A stretch of 64,000 bases of DNA, taken from assembly GCA_964518475.1 (NCBI GenBank), contig CAZFGR010000001.1:256001-320000 (forward strand). Reading direction: 5' to 3'. Shown here piece after piece: positions 10,018 to 21,628 of the stretch (the first letter of the stretch is position 1; each line of letters opens with the position of its first letter). Under the pieces are notes generated by a model. It worked only from the letters and a program-made list of their open reading frames with translations. It had not been told where the DNA came from and did no database searches. The DNA comes from an uncultured Nitrososphaerota archaeon (GTDB lineage: Archaea > Asgardarchaeota > Njordarchaeia > Njordarchaeales > Njordarchaeaceae). The translations under genes were made by a program, and so were the position numbers.

Positions 10018-10620
10018 GTGGAAATTATGACTGATGACAAGAAGAAAAGGAAAGATGATTATTGGGAGGAGGATCCATTCGAACGTTTTCTAAGACGTTT
10101 CTTTGGCTCACGCTCTCCTTTTGAGGAATTCTTCCGTGAATTTAATGATATGCTACGTAGATTCATGAGAGAGATCGAATCTTTTGAATACCCCTTTGAG
10201 AAAGACGTATTCAAAGAGAAGAAGGGACCTATAAAGAGTTACGTATACGGATTCAGCATTACAATCGGCCCCGACGGCGTCCCTAGAATAAAGGAATTTG
10301 GCAATATAAGACCCACAGCTGTTGGTGTAGTGACTCGCGAAGAATGGGAACCACTTTCTACAGTATATTCCGAGGATGATAAAATTAGGGTAATAATAGA
10401 CCTTCCAGGGGCTAAGAAAGAGTCTATAAAAATTAATGCATCAGAGACTGATGTAGAGGTTAAAGCTGAAGCTGGAGACCGAAAATACTATAAGCGAATT
10501 CAACTGCCAGAAGAAGTTATTCCCGAGAGTGCTAAGGCTAGGTACAATAATGGTATCCTAGAAATTACCTTTGAAAAGAAGAAAAAAGGCAAAAAGACTA
10601 CTGAGATCCCAGTAGAATAG
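10018..10620 (+). CDS. small heat shock protein Hsp20
   Basis: YGFSITIGPDG..IKEFGN, DLPG, AKARYNNGILEI, and IPVE C-terminal IXI motif. Confidence 0.92.
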   Translation: MEIMTDDKKKRKDDYWEEDPFERFLRRFFGSRSPFEEFFREFNDMLRRFMREIESFEYPFEKDVFKEKKGPIKSYVYGFSITIGPDGVPRIKEFGNIRPTAVGVVTREEWEPLSTVYSEDDKIRVIIDLPGAKKESIKINASETDVEVKAEAGDRKYYKRIQLPEEVIPESAKARYNNGILEITFEKKKKGKKTTEIPVE

Positions 10621-10836
10621 CGTCAAAAATCATTACTTCAAAGATAATTCCAATAGTCTTTGCTACAAAAAGTTTTCAAGCAAAAATAATTATTCATAGA
10701 ATTTTTGCTTCGACAGCCCTATCTATGCACTTTATCTCTTCTCACTAAAATATTTATGTATAATCACTTGATGTTGGATGTTGAAATAGTTTACACATAT
10801 TTATATTTTAGAAGACTAGAGTTGTGTTTAAACTAA

Positions 10837-13080
<2,244 letters not shown>

Positions 13081-13120
13081 ATCTTACACCGAATTATTCA
13101 CACGCATTATATTACTACTT

Positions 13121-13600
13121 TTAATGTGATTCCTTTCCCTCTCCTTTCCAAATACCCTCATATAATTTTTCACTCCTCGCGCTTATAAAGATTATTTGCG
13201 CTATTCTAGCTCCTTTTTTTAGTTTTATGCCATGGGGATTCATTACGTGGAGTAATCCGATTCCTCGACCTTCATAGCCAGAATCCCAAACCGCTGTGTA
13301 AATAGTAGCACCCATCCTTAATAAGGATGACCTCGGAAGAACTAGCCCTATCGCGTTCGGAGGTATTTTTATCCATTCTCCATAACGTACTAAGTATACT
13401 CCAGACGTCAATAACCATTCGATTCCTTCTAATTTTTCATACCTAGGCATCTCTCTCTGTTCTTCATAGAGCTTTCCTTCGGATCCAAATGCATAGATCT
13501 CCGACACTGTTAGGTCTACTCCATTAGGTTGAACTCTAATTTGTTTAGATGCTACACCTGCAGATATCCATTTAGCCACTTCTTCACCACTCCAAATCAT
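13121..13600 (-). CDS. dut: dUTPase/dCTP deaminase family (archaeal dUTPase)
   Basis: QPNGVDL, PRSSLLRMG, WDSGYEG, ARIAQ motifs. GGGAGTGA SD favours ATG 13600. Confidence 0.85.
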   Translation of the reverse strand: MIWSGEEVAKWISAGVASKQIRVQPNGVDLTVSEIYAFGSEGKLYEEQREMPRYEKLEGIEWLLTSGVYLVRYGEWIKIPPNAIGLVLPRSSLLRMGATIYTAVWDSGYEGRGIGLLHVMNPHGIKLKKGARIAQIIFISARSEKLYEGIWKGEGKESH

Positions 13601-13924
13601 TTTCACTCCCCTTTTAACAAAAAGTATTCCCGAACTCTCAGTATTCAGTTTTCTAGAATTGATAGAGGATGAATTTGGAATTTTAATATACGGAGCCGAG
13701 ATTTCAAGGGACATATGGTGATTAATCATACTATTCTCAATAAAGTCCGAATACAGCCTAATTCTCTTCACTCATAGGAAAGATCTTTGACAATAATCAA
13801 AATGTCACGCAATATTTTTGAGAAAAATCACTCTACTATAAAGCATCTTTGAATAAATTATAATCCGTTAATGAAGTCTAGGCCTTATGATTAACTATGA
13901 TGTAAGCTTGATAGGGGATCTATC

Positions 13925-14104
13925 ATGGCGAAACCAAAAATAAAGCCTAAGATTATCGAAGCGCTGAAAGAAGGACCTAAGAGTCTAGACGAGATCGTAA
14001 ACTATGTAGGTGCGGAAGCAAGAATTGTTAAAGGAGTATTAACAAAAATGGTCAAGAAAGGAGAGATCGCGGAAGAAGGGGGCAAGTACAAGCTTGTTTC
14101 CTGA
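13925..14104 (+). CDS. small basic winged-helix protein (59 aa, not in ORF track)
   Basis: MAKPKIKPKIIEALKEGPKSLDEIVNYVGAEARIVKGVLTKMVKKGEIAEEGGKYKLVS. GGGGA SD upstream; T-rich tract downstream. Confidence 0.8.
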   Translation: MAKPKIKPKIIEALKEGPKSLDEIVNYVGAEARIVKGVLTKMVKKGEIAEEGGKYKLVS

Positions 14105-14169
14105 ATAGAAGGCTATCATCAATAGCTTATTACTTAACCCTCAAAAGCTTTTTTATCTTTCTATTTTTC

Positions 14170-14577
14170 CTACTCTACGCCTTCCCCTCTTGGTGGTTTT
14201 TCCCCTAATTCCTTAAAAAAATTCTTGAGAATCTGACAGCCCTTCTCTATTTCTTCTTTAGAAAGAAGATCTACATATGGGCAAACTTCATCATCTGGCA
14301 CACACTCGGAGAAAAAACCCATCACGATAGGATATGCTTGACAGCCCAATGGTCTATTATCATAGATCTCGCATAACCCCTCATCTGTAAGAAATACACA
14401 CCTATTATTTACATTCTTCAATCTCCAATATTCTCCGTCATAATATATGCTCTTCTCAATGTTTACGCCAATAATTAAAAGCCTAATCAGATCTCCCATC
14501 GTAAGAATCATCTCAGTATCTAAACAGCACTTGTAACACTTATTTTCAAGACAGTGCTTTCCATCAAGAATACCCAT
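14170..14577 (-). CDS. YkgJ family Cys-cluster (Zn/Fe-S) protein
   Basis: CxxxxCxxCC, CVFL, CEIYDNRPLGCQAYP motifs. Confidence 0.88.
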   Translation of the reverse strand: MGILDGKHCLENKCYKCCLDTEMILTMGDLIRLLIIGVNIEKSIYYDGEYWRLKNVNNRCVFLTDEGLCEIYDNRPLGCQAYPIVMGFFSECVPDDEVCPYVDLLSKEEIEKGCQILKNFFKELGEKPPRGEGVE

Positions 14578-14669
14578 AAAGTCGTCCTCAGGCTAATTAA
14601 TTTCAAAAAGCAAATATTTGAAGAGACCCGGATTTTTTGGGACAATATCTACTGAAAAAGGTTTAAGAA

Positions 14670-17573
14670 TTATTGAAAGTTTATTCCGGGCTTTAGGGGG
14701 ATCGCGTATTTTGCCCTCGCAATTCCTCTTTCTAAAGCGTCTTCTTCTCTTAAAATCTCTAAGGGTATTCCGAGAGTTTTTTCAAGAAAGCCTTTTGCTT
14801 CATTAAATAACGCAAGCTCTTCTTCTTGTTCTGGCACGAACGATGGAATAAGCTCCTGATTTTTCATGATTCTCTGCACGAATTCCATGGCATTTTTCAT
14901 TGGAATTTTTTGCAATTGTTCGTTCTCCTTAATTCTCTTAGCAACTTCTCGCAAGTTTAGTCCTAAATTATTCTTCTTCATCTCCAATAGTATCCTAAGT
15001 ATCTCCCGTTTCCATTCAGCAGCGATGATAATTATGCTTTTCTCAGGTTGCTTCTTCATGGTCTTTAGGATTTCTTTCGCATCATCTATTAACCCAATTA
15101 CTGCGTTTTCCAAGACCTCCGCCCGTTCATCTATTTCACTTTCAACTACTTTTGGCCAGTTAGCAATCGATACGAAATAGTCCTTACCCATACGACTCCA
15201 GATTTCCTCTGCTAGATGTGGGATGACAGGAGACAATATGATTATCCAGGGCTCAAGGATGTATCGTACTCCTCCTAAGCCTCTTTTCTCTCCCACCCGT
15301 CTAATGTAATACATAACATCTTTCAGCATTTCGAAGAAAGCTGTTACGATGTAATCCCTTATTCTCATTCTTTCGAGGTATTCTTCAGCTTTTTTTACTC
15401 TCTTGTAAAAGCGCGTTAGTAACCACCTATCAACTATCTTCGCACCAAAGTCATCGGGTATTTCGGCTTTTGCTGCCTCTATGGCTAGTTCAGCGAATCT
15501 TAGTAGCCTATTTTTAACGCTCTCTACTTCTTTTCCTTTCCAATCCAGTATAGTATCAAGATCCGCTGCAAATGCTATATATAATCTAAATAAGTCAGCA
15601 CTATATTGCTTGGCAATATCTCTAAGAAGGATTACATTACCTTTACTCTTGGCCATTTTTTTGCCTTCTCTTATGACTAATTCATTTAATGTGATTGCCC
15701 TTGGCCAATACCGCGGTTCGAAAATCGCTATGTGATGCATGATGAAGAACATTAGATGATTAGATATGTGTGGAATACCAGTATGTCTCTGATCTACTGG
15801 ATACCAATACTCAAACTCTTTTCGCATAGTTTCTAGCAATTCCTTTTTGATCCCCGTTTTTTTAGCTAATTCTTCAGGATCTCCTTTTCCCAGAAAGACA
15901 TAATCGAAAAATTCTGGCACTAATTGATCAGCTGAAATATTGTATCGCCGTAGATAATGTACTATAGTATAGAAAGCCATGTAAATAGTTGAGTCGGAAA
16001 GGCTCTCTATAATCCATTCTGGGTCAAAAGGTAGGCGCGTACCGAGCCCTCTTCGTCTTGCGCATGGCCTTTCATGTAACCAATCAACAGTATCAAAAAA
16101 CATCTTTTTGTACTTCTCTGGGTATATCCACATTTTCTTAAGCCATTTCTTTGTTTGCTCTTTCCACCATTCTTGAGAGTAGTCAATAAACCACTGATCA
16201 CGTATCCTAGCTATTATGATTTTTCCGCCAGCTCTGCATCTAGCTTTTCTAGAAGTTTCATAGAATAACAATGCTTTATGATTCTCCAGTAACCAGTTTT
16301 TGACCTTCTCCTTTGCCTCACTGACTTTTAAGCCAGCAAATTCTCCCGTTTTATCATTTAGCACGCCATTATAATACTGCTCCTTGTAGACTATTTTTGT
16401 TGCTTCCTCCAAACGTTCATCTAATTGAGATTCGATACCCATTCTCTTAACGACTACCTCAGCATGATGGCCATCAATTCCTGGTACATCTATTATCTTT
16501 ATTGGTTCTATTTTACGCAAAACTTCGGGACTAATACCGTATTTTTTAAGTTTCTCGGGGTTCCTCCTCAAATCCATTAAAGCTATGTAGTCATAAGGAG
16601 CATCAGAGGGCTCAGAATATACAAATCCCGTAGCCACGTCTGTGTCTACGAACTCCGCTGGAAGAATTATTAATTCTTTACCAAGAGGATCAATAACCTT
16701 CTCACCAACAAATTCTTCTCCACCTATTTCCTCGAGAACCTCCACTTTATCATATTGATGCTCAAACTTCACTAATGCGTCTTTGGAGATGTATAGGATT
16801 TCACTATTGTATTTTACCTTTACATATTTTCCAGAAGGATTTACCCACATGTTTGTAGCTCCGAAAATAGTCTCAGGTCTTAGCGTTGATGCTAAAATAT
16901 ATCCGTCCTTATACTTGAACTTAATGGCTACGAATTCTACAATGTCCACCGGGTTCACATCAGCATCCGCGATATCATCCTCTCCCTCAGGTTGTTTATG
17001 AAGAAGACAATAAGTGACATAGTGAGAACCTTGTTTGAGTAAGTTTTTCTCTTTCAGCTTAAAGTACTGCCACTCAACGAACTTATTATATATCGGCTCT
17101 CCTGTGTGAAACTTTCGTCTCCAGTCAATGCTATATCCAAGCGCCTTAAAATCTATGTGAATGCGCTCCGCAAAGAATGTAGCTACATTGATGGGATCTG
17201 TAAAGGATTTTAATATTTCCTCGACTTTTTGCGGATCATTCACGTATAAAGACACATAGTGTCTGTACATTCTTATGGCTTCGGGATTCCCTCTTTGGAT
17301 TCTATCAGAAATTGCTGCAATAGGAGTCCCGGTTATGTGAAAAGCCATTGGAAATAAAACATTATATCCTTTTAGTCTCTTGTAACGAGCAACTATATCC
17401 CCGATTGTATAGGTTCTACCATGACCTATGTGAAGAGGCCCGCTAGTATAGGGGTAAGGTACTGTAATGAAGAAGTTCGGTTTTGAAGGATCAGGATCAG
17501 CCTCAAAAACTTTCTCTTTTTCCCATTTTTCTTGCCATTTACGTTCAATTTGTCGTAGTTCGTCTAAGTCCAT
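14670..17573 (-). CDS. leuS: leucyl-tRNA synthetase (archaeal/eukaryotic type)
   Basis: PYPYTSGPLHIGH, TLRPET editing motif, ESLSDSTIY, KMAKS. Confidence 0.96.
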   Translation of the reverse strand: MDLDELRQIERKWQEKWEKEKVFEADPDPSKPNFFITVPYPYTSGPLHIGHGRTYTIGDIVARYKRLKGYNVLFPMAFHITGTPIAAISDRIQRGNPEAIRMYRHYVSLYVNDPQKVEEILKSFTDPINVATFFAERIHIDFKALGYSIDWRRKFHTGEPIYNKFVEWQYFKLKEKNLLKQGSHYVTYCLLHKQPEGEDDIADADVNPVDIVEFVAIKFKYKDGYILASTLRPETIFGATNMWVNPSGKYVKVKYNSEILYISKDALVKFEHQYDKVEVLEEIGGEEFVGEKVIDPLGKELIILPAEFVDTDVATGFVYSEPSDAPYDYIALMDLRRNPEKLKKYGISPEVLRKIEPIKIIDVPGIDGHHAEVVVKRMGIESQLDERLEEATKIVYKEQYYNGVLNDKTGEFAGLKVSEAKEKVKNWLLENHKALLFYETSRKARCRAGGKIIIARIRDQWFIDYSQEWWKEQTKKWLKKMWIYPEKYKKMFFDTVDWLHERPCARRRGLGTRLPFDPEWIIESLSDSTIYMAFYTIVHYLRRYNISADQLVPEFFDYVFLGKGDPEELAKKTGIKKELLETMRKEFEYWYPVDQRHTGIPHISNHLMFFIMHHIAIFEPRYWPRAITLNELVIREGKKMAKSKGNVILLRDIAKQYSADLFRLYIAFAADLDTILDWKGKEVESVKNRLLRFAELAIEAAKAEIPDDFGAKIVDRWLLTRFYKRVKKAEEYLERMRIRDYIVTAFFEMLKDVMYYIRRVGEKRGLGGVRYILEPWIIILSPVIPHLAEEIWSRMGKDYFVSIANWPKVVESEIDERAEVLENAVIGLIDDAKEILKTMKKQPEKSIIIIAAEWKREILRILLEMKKNNLGLNLREVAKRIKENEQLQKIPMKNAMEFVQRIMKNQELIPSFVPEQEEELALFNEAKGFLEKTLGIPLEILREEDALERGIARAKYAIPLKPGINFQ

Positions 17574-17765
17574 TAGATCACCAATTACGGCTATTCGAAT
17601 AAAAATAAGTGCTTAGTATAAAGAATTATGGGGAAGCACTTAATAGTTTTTAATTTTTCTTTGCTCTACCAAAAAATCTTAGAGATATTAAGGACTATAT
17701 CGCTTTGATAACTCCACTCAATATTCTAGCTGAATGCTCCTTTCGTTCTTGTAGGGTTTCGTCCT

Positions 17766-18275
17766 ATGGTAGTTAATCATAATGCAAGAGTCATAATCCG
17801 AAAAGCGCATCCAAATGACTTACGCCAGATAGAAGCCCTCGCTAAAAAAGTATTTAGAGACAGTCCAGATGCTTATTGGGCCGTAGTAGGAGCAAAAAGG
17901 GCTCAAAGAACATTCGTTGCGGAGATAAATAATCGTATAATAGGCGTTATTGAGGTCGAAGTAATTAATTTATCAACAGGTAAACACGGCCACATAGGAT
18001 ATATTTTTGTAGATCCAGATTTTCAAAGAAGAGGCATAGGAACAAAACTCCTTATAACTGCTGAAAAATTCTTTCTAGAGAAAAAAGCAAGCAGTGCTTG
18101 GGCTCTCACAACTCCAGAAAATATAGCAGCTCAAAGATTATTCGAAAAAAATGGTTACGAGAAGATTTCACTTGCTTATTTGTATAAAGTATTACCCGAG
18201 AACGACGTCCAAAAACTGCTTAGACGAATGGTTTACTGGGAGGGCGATATAATCTACCATAAAAAACTTTATTAA
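17766..18275 (+). CDS. GNAT family acetyltransferase
   Basis: VDPDFQRRGIGTKL and NIAAQRLFEKNGY motifs. Confidence 0.85.
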   Translation: MVVNHNARVIIRKAHPNDLRQIEALAKKVFRDSPDAYWAVVGAKRAQRTFVAEINNRIIGVIEVEVINLSTGKHGHIGYIFVDPDFQRRGIGTKLLITAEKFFLEKKASSAWALTTPENIAAQRLFEKNGYEKISLAYLYKVLPENDVQKLLRRMVYWEGDIIYHKKLY

Positions 18276-18562
18276 GTGTCGCCAACACAGCCTTGTCATA
18301 GCTGTTCTTTGTTATGAATATAGAATATATTCTCTAAATCTTCATGCAGAGGAGATAGAAATCAATTGAACTGAAATCTATTTCGTTATTAGGTAAGTCC
18401 TTGCAATGTGATTCTAGAGAATCTAAGGATTTAAGAAAAAAGCAATGTACGTTACTTTATTTTTCTTAGTCACGATAATCTTTTTAATAATCACATTGTC
18501 AATATGCTAAACGATCTAAACTACCTATGATTTGGTTACTAGTTGCATCAGAAGGGTTCAAA

Positions 18563-19684
18563 ATGAGTATTAAAAAACGACTAGAACTAGTGTTAAGAAA
18601 CGTAGCAAAACCAATAGATGAATTCGTTATCACACTAGAAGATCTAGAACAATTACTATCTTCTAAGCCTAATCCAACAGCATACATAGGCTATGAACCA
18701 AGCGGTCCTATCCATGTTGGATATTTACCCGCTCTTGAAAAGATACTGGATCTACAAAAAGCTGGATTCCATGTTACCATACTATTAGCAGACCTTCATG
18801 CATTTCTTAATAGAAAGGGCCCATTAGAACTTATCAAGGAAGTATCGGAGACGTATTGGCCAGAAATCTTTGCTGCTTTGGGTGTAGATCATGCAAAGTA
18901 TGTCTTAGGGAGCTCTTACCAGTTAGAAAAGGATTACGTATTAGATTTAATGATTCTTAGCGAGAGAGTCCGCGTAAAGGAAGCTTGGAAGGCTATGACT
19001 CTAATTGCTAGAGAGGCTGAAGACCCCACTGTTAGTCAATATGTTTATCCTTTGATGCAAGCACTTGATATTTTGTATCTAGAGGCTGATCTAGCTTTTG
19101 GAGGTACCGATCAAAGAAAGGTTCATGTCCTCGCTAGAGAACAGTTTTCTTCCTCAGAACTAAAGCTTAATCATGAGAAGTGGGTACCAGTGGCTATACA
19201 CTTACCTATAATCCTTGGATTAACGGGCGAGAAAATGTCTAGTAGTAAACCAGAAACCCACATAGCTGTTCATGATAGACCAGAGACAATTCGCAAAAAA
19301 ATGCGAAATGCGCTGTGTCAGCCAGATATTACTGATCCAGAACAAAACCCGATATTCTCATATCTACATTACATAATCTTCCCATACGTTGATAAATTTA
19401 TAGTACGTAGACCAGAAAAATACGGAGGAGACGTTACTTATAAGACTTTGGAGGAGTTGGAAAGGGATTATTTGGAAGGAAGACTTCATCCCCTTGATTT
19501 GAAAATGGCGATTGCAGAATACTTCATAAAACGCTTAGAGTCTGCAAGGAAGAAACTCGAAGCCGATCCTGATATATTGCGACCAGTCTACAATTTGCAG
19601 AAGTGGCAATGGGAACACGGTCTAATTAGTCGTACTGCTTGGGAAAAGCTCTCAACAGAATATTCCTATTATGGGTTAAGGTGA
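18563..19684 (+). CDS. tyrS: tyrosyl-tRNA synthetase
   Basis: YIGYEPSGPIHVG, YPLMQALD, GGTDQRK, KMSSS, LHPLDLK. Start probably ATG 18563. Confidence 0.95.
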   Translation: MSIKKRLELVLRNVAKPIDEFVITLEDLEQLLSSKPNPTAYIGYEPSGPIHVGYLPALEKILDLQKAGFHVTILLADLHAFLNRKGPLELIKEVSETYWPEIFAALGVDHAKYVLGSSYQLEKDYVLDLMILSERVRVKEAWKAMTLIAREAEDPTVSQYVYPLMQALDILYLEADLAFGGTDQRKVHVLAREQFSSSELKLNHEKWVPVAIHLPIILGLTGEKMSSSKPETHIAVHDRPETIRKKMRNALCQPDITDPEQNPIFSYLHYIIFPYVDKFIVRRPEKYGGDVTYKTLEELERDYLEGRLHPLDLKMAIAEYFIKRLESARKKLEADPDILRPVYNLQKWQWEHGLISRTAWEKLSTEYSYYGLR

Positions 19685-19690
19685 TGAAAC

Positions 19691-19978
19691 ATGGGGAAAC
19701 TGATTCTTTATGGTGATTTAGCACAACGAGTTGGTAAAAAGGAAGTAGAGATATCCACACGAGGAAAAAAGGTCATAGATATATTGCGTGAATTCGCACG
19801 TAAATACAATGTGCAAGATCTTCTTTTTAAGAATGACAAGCTACGACCTCTTTATCTAATACTCATAGATGGTCGCGATTACTATAGTCTTGGACTACTC
19901 AATACAATCCTAGATGATGAGAAAGAAATTCGTATAATTCCCACATTTCATGGAGGCACTCGTTTTAAGCAAATCTAG
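19691..19978 (+). CDS. ubiquitin-like beta-grasp protein (Urm1/SAMP/MoaD family) with C-terminal extension after GG
   Basis: LILIDGRDY and IIPTFHGG, followed by TRFKQI and stop. Confidence 0.8.
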   Translation: MGKLILYGDLAQRVGKKEVEISTRGKKVIDILREFARKYNVQDLLFKNDKLRPLYLILIDGRDYYSLGLLNTILDDEKEIRIIPTFHGGTRFKQI

Positions 19979-20047
19979 AAAAACTGCTTAAGTTATACCT
20001 TTAGAGTATTATTGTGGTAATTTAGGAATAGTTTATGGTGGCACTGA

Positions 20048-21622
20048 ATGCATGAAATCTCAGAATTAATAAATATGCTAACTGAGAGCGAGAGAAAACT
20101 CCTTGCTTTTTTGCGAGAGAATAACTTAAGTCAGGCTTATGAGGACTCTATTGCAGAGGCATTAAAAACGGATATTGCAGAAATTTCTCGCGCAGCATTA
20201 TGGTTAGAAAATAAAGGAATACTGAAACGAGTAAAGGAAGAAATAGAAATAATAACTATAAGTGACAAAGGCAAAAAATATTTGACTAAGCCTTTGCCAG
20301 AGCAACAACTTCTCGGCTTCTTAAAGAAAAGGAGGAGCGTAAAATTTGATGAAGCACTCCAGGAGCTTTCCATGGATTTAAAAGAACTAAATGCTGCTGT
20401 GGGTAAACTTATACGAGCAGGTCTGCTACGCTTATTAAAAAAGGACTCTGAGAGGTACCTCCAGATAACCGAAAAAGGTTTAACTATTGAAGAGTTACCA
20501 ACATCAACACTATTCAGAGAGATTGCTAAGAAAGGTACAGTGTTTTTTAGCGAAATAGATTCGAAAAATAGAGCATTAAAAGAACTTCTTTACAGAGGTA
20601 TAGTAACAAAGAAAAAATTAAGTCGCATCAAACTACAATTAACAGACCTCGGAAGGGAGATAATAAAGCACGAGATCCCTCCAATTGAGATTATAGATAC
20701 ATTATCACCCGAGATTATTGTAAGTAAGGAATGGATGCGGAAAAAAATTAGATGGTATGATGTTTCATCCAAAGTTCCTAGAATATGGGGTGGGCGAAAA
20801 CATCCTCTTAGAGAAATAATGGAGATGATTAGAGAAATTTTCCTAGAAATGGGATTCATGGAAATGCGAGGCCCGTGGGTAGAACTAGCGTTTTGGAACA
20901 TGGATAGCATGTGGATTCCACAAGATCATCCAGCTCGAGAAATGCAGGCGACATTCTATTTAGAGGTTCCGAAAAGAGGATTTGTAAGAGATGAAGCATT
21001 ACTAGCTATTGTTAAAGAGGTTCAAGAGACTGGTGGTGATACGGGTTCTACAGGATGGCAACAGCCATGGCGTATAGATGAGGCCCTAAAAACACTACTA
21101 AGAACCCATACCACCGCAGTAACTTTTAGAGTTCTAGGTTTTTTGCTTCGCCGCAAAATAATAGAACCTCCCGTAAAGTTCTTCTGCATAGATAGAGTCT
21201 TCCGCAACGAAACAATAGATTGGAAACACTTGGCAGAGTTCCATCAAGTGGAGGGGTTCGTCGCAGCCAAAAATTTAACGCTTAAAAGCTTAATGGGATA
21301 CATTAAAGAATTTTATCGCAAGATGGGCATAGAAAAAATACGATTTAAGCCAACTTACAATCCTTACACAGAGCCCAGTATGGAGATCTTTGCACTACAT
21401 CCTAAGGTTAAAAAGTGGATAGAAGTGGGCAATAGTGGCTTATTTAGACCAGAAAGTTTACGTCCTTACAATATTGATGTGCCTATAATAGCATGGGGCT
21501 TGGCCGTGGAGCGTTTAGCAGCAATAATTTATGACATAGAAGACATCCGCAAATTAGTTGGTCCTATGTGTGATATAGATTGGATCAGATGGCATAGGAC
21601 TCCTATCGGTAAACTATTCTAA
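20048..21622 (+). CDS. pheS: phenylalanyl-tRNA synthetase alpha subunit
   Basis: PQDHPAR, LRTHTT, RVFRNE, EFHQVEG, YNPYTEPS, WGLAVERLA motifs. Confidence 0.96.
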   Translation: MHEISELINMLTESERKLLAFLRENNLSQAYEDSIAEALKTDIAEISRAALWLENKGILKRVKEEIEIITISDKGKKYLTKPLPEQQLLGFLKKRRSVKFDEALQELSMDLKELNAAVGKLIRAGLLRLLKKDSERYLQITEKGLTIEELPTSTLFREIAKKGTVFFSEIDSKNRALKELLYRGIVTKKKLSRIKLQLTDLGREIIKHEIPPIEIIDTLSPEIIVSKEWMRKKIRWYDVSSKVPRIWGGRKHPLREIMEMIREIFLEMGFMEMRGPWVELAFWNMDSMWIPQDHPAREMQATFYLEVPKRGFVRDEALLAIVKEVQETGGDTGSTGWQQPWRIDEALKTLLRTHTTAVTFRVLGFLLRRKIIEPPVKFFCIDRVFRNETIDWKHLAEFHQVEGFVAAKNLTLKSLMGYIKEFYRKMGIEKIRFKPTYNPYTEPSMEIFALHPKVKKWIEVGNSGLFRPESLRPYNIDVPIIAWGLAVERLAAIIYDIEDIRKLVGPMCDIDWIRWHRTPIGKLF

Positions 21623-21628
21623 AGAAAG

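Noticed and set aside
13871-13912. ATGAAGT/ATGA/ATGATGT/TTGA box-like words
   Set aside because: Spacers are too short for guides; likely the promoter/leader of the small wHTH gene.
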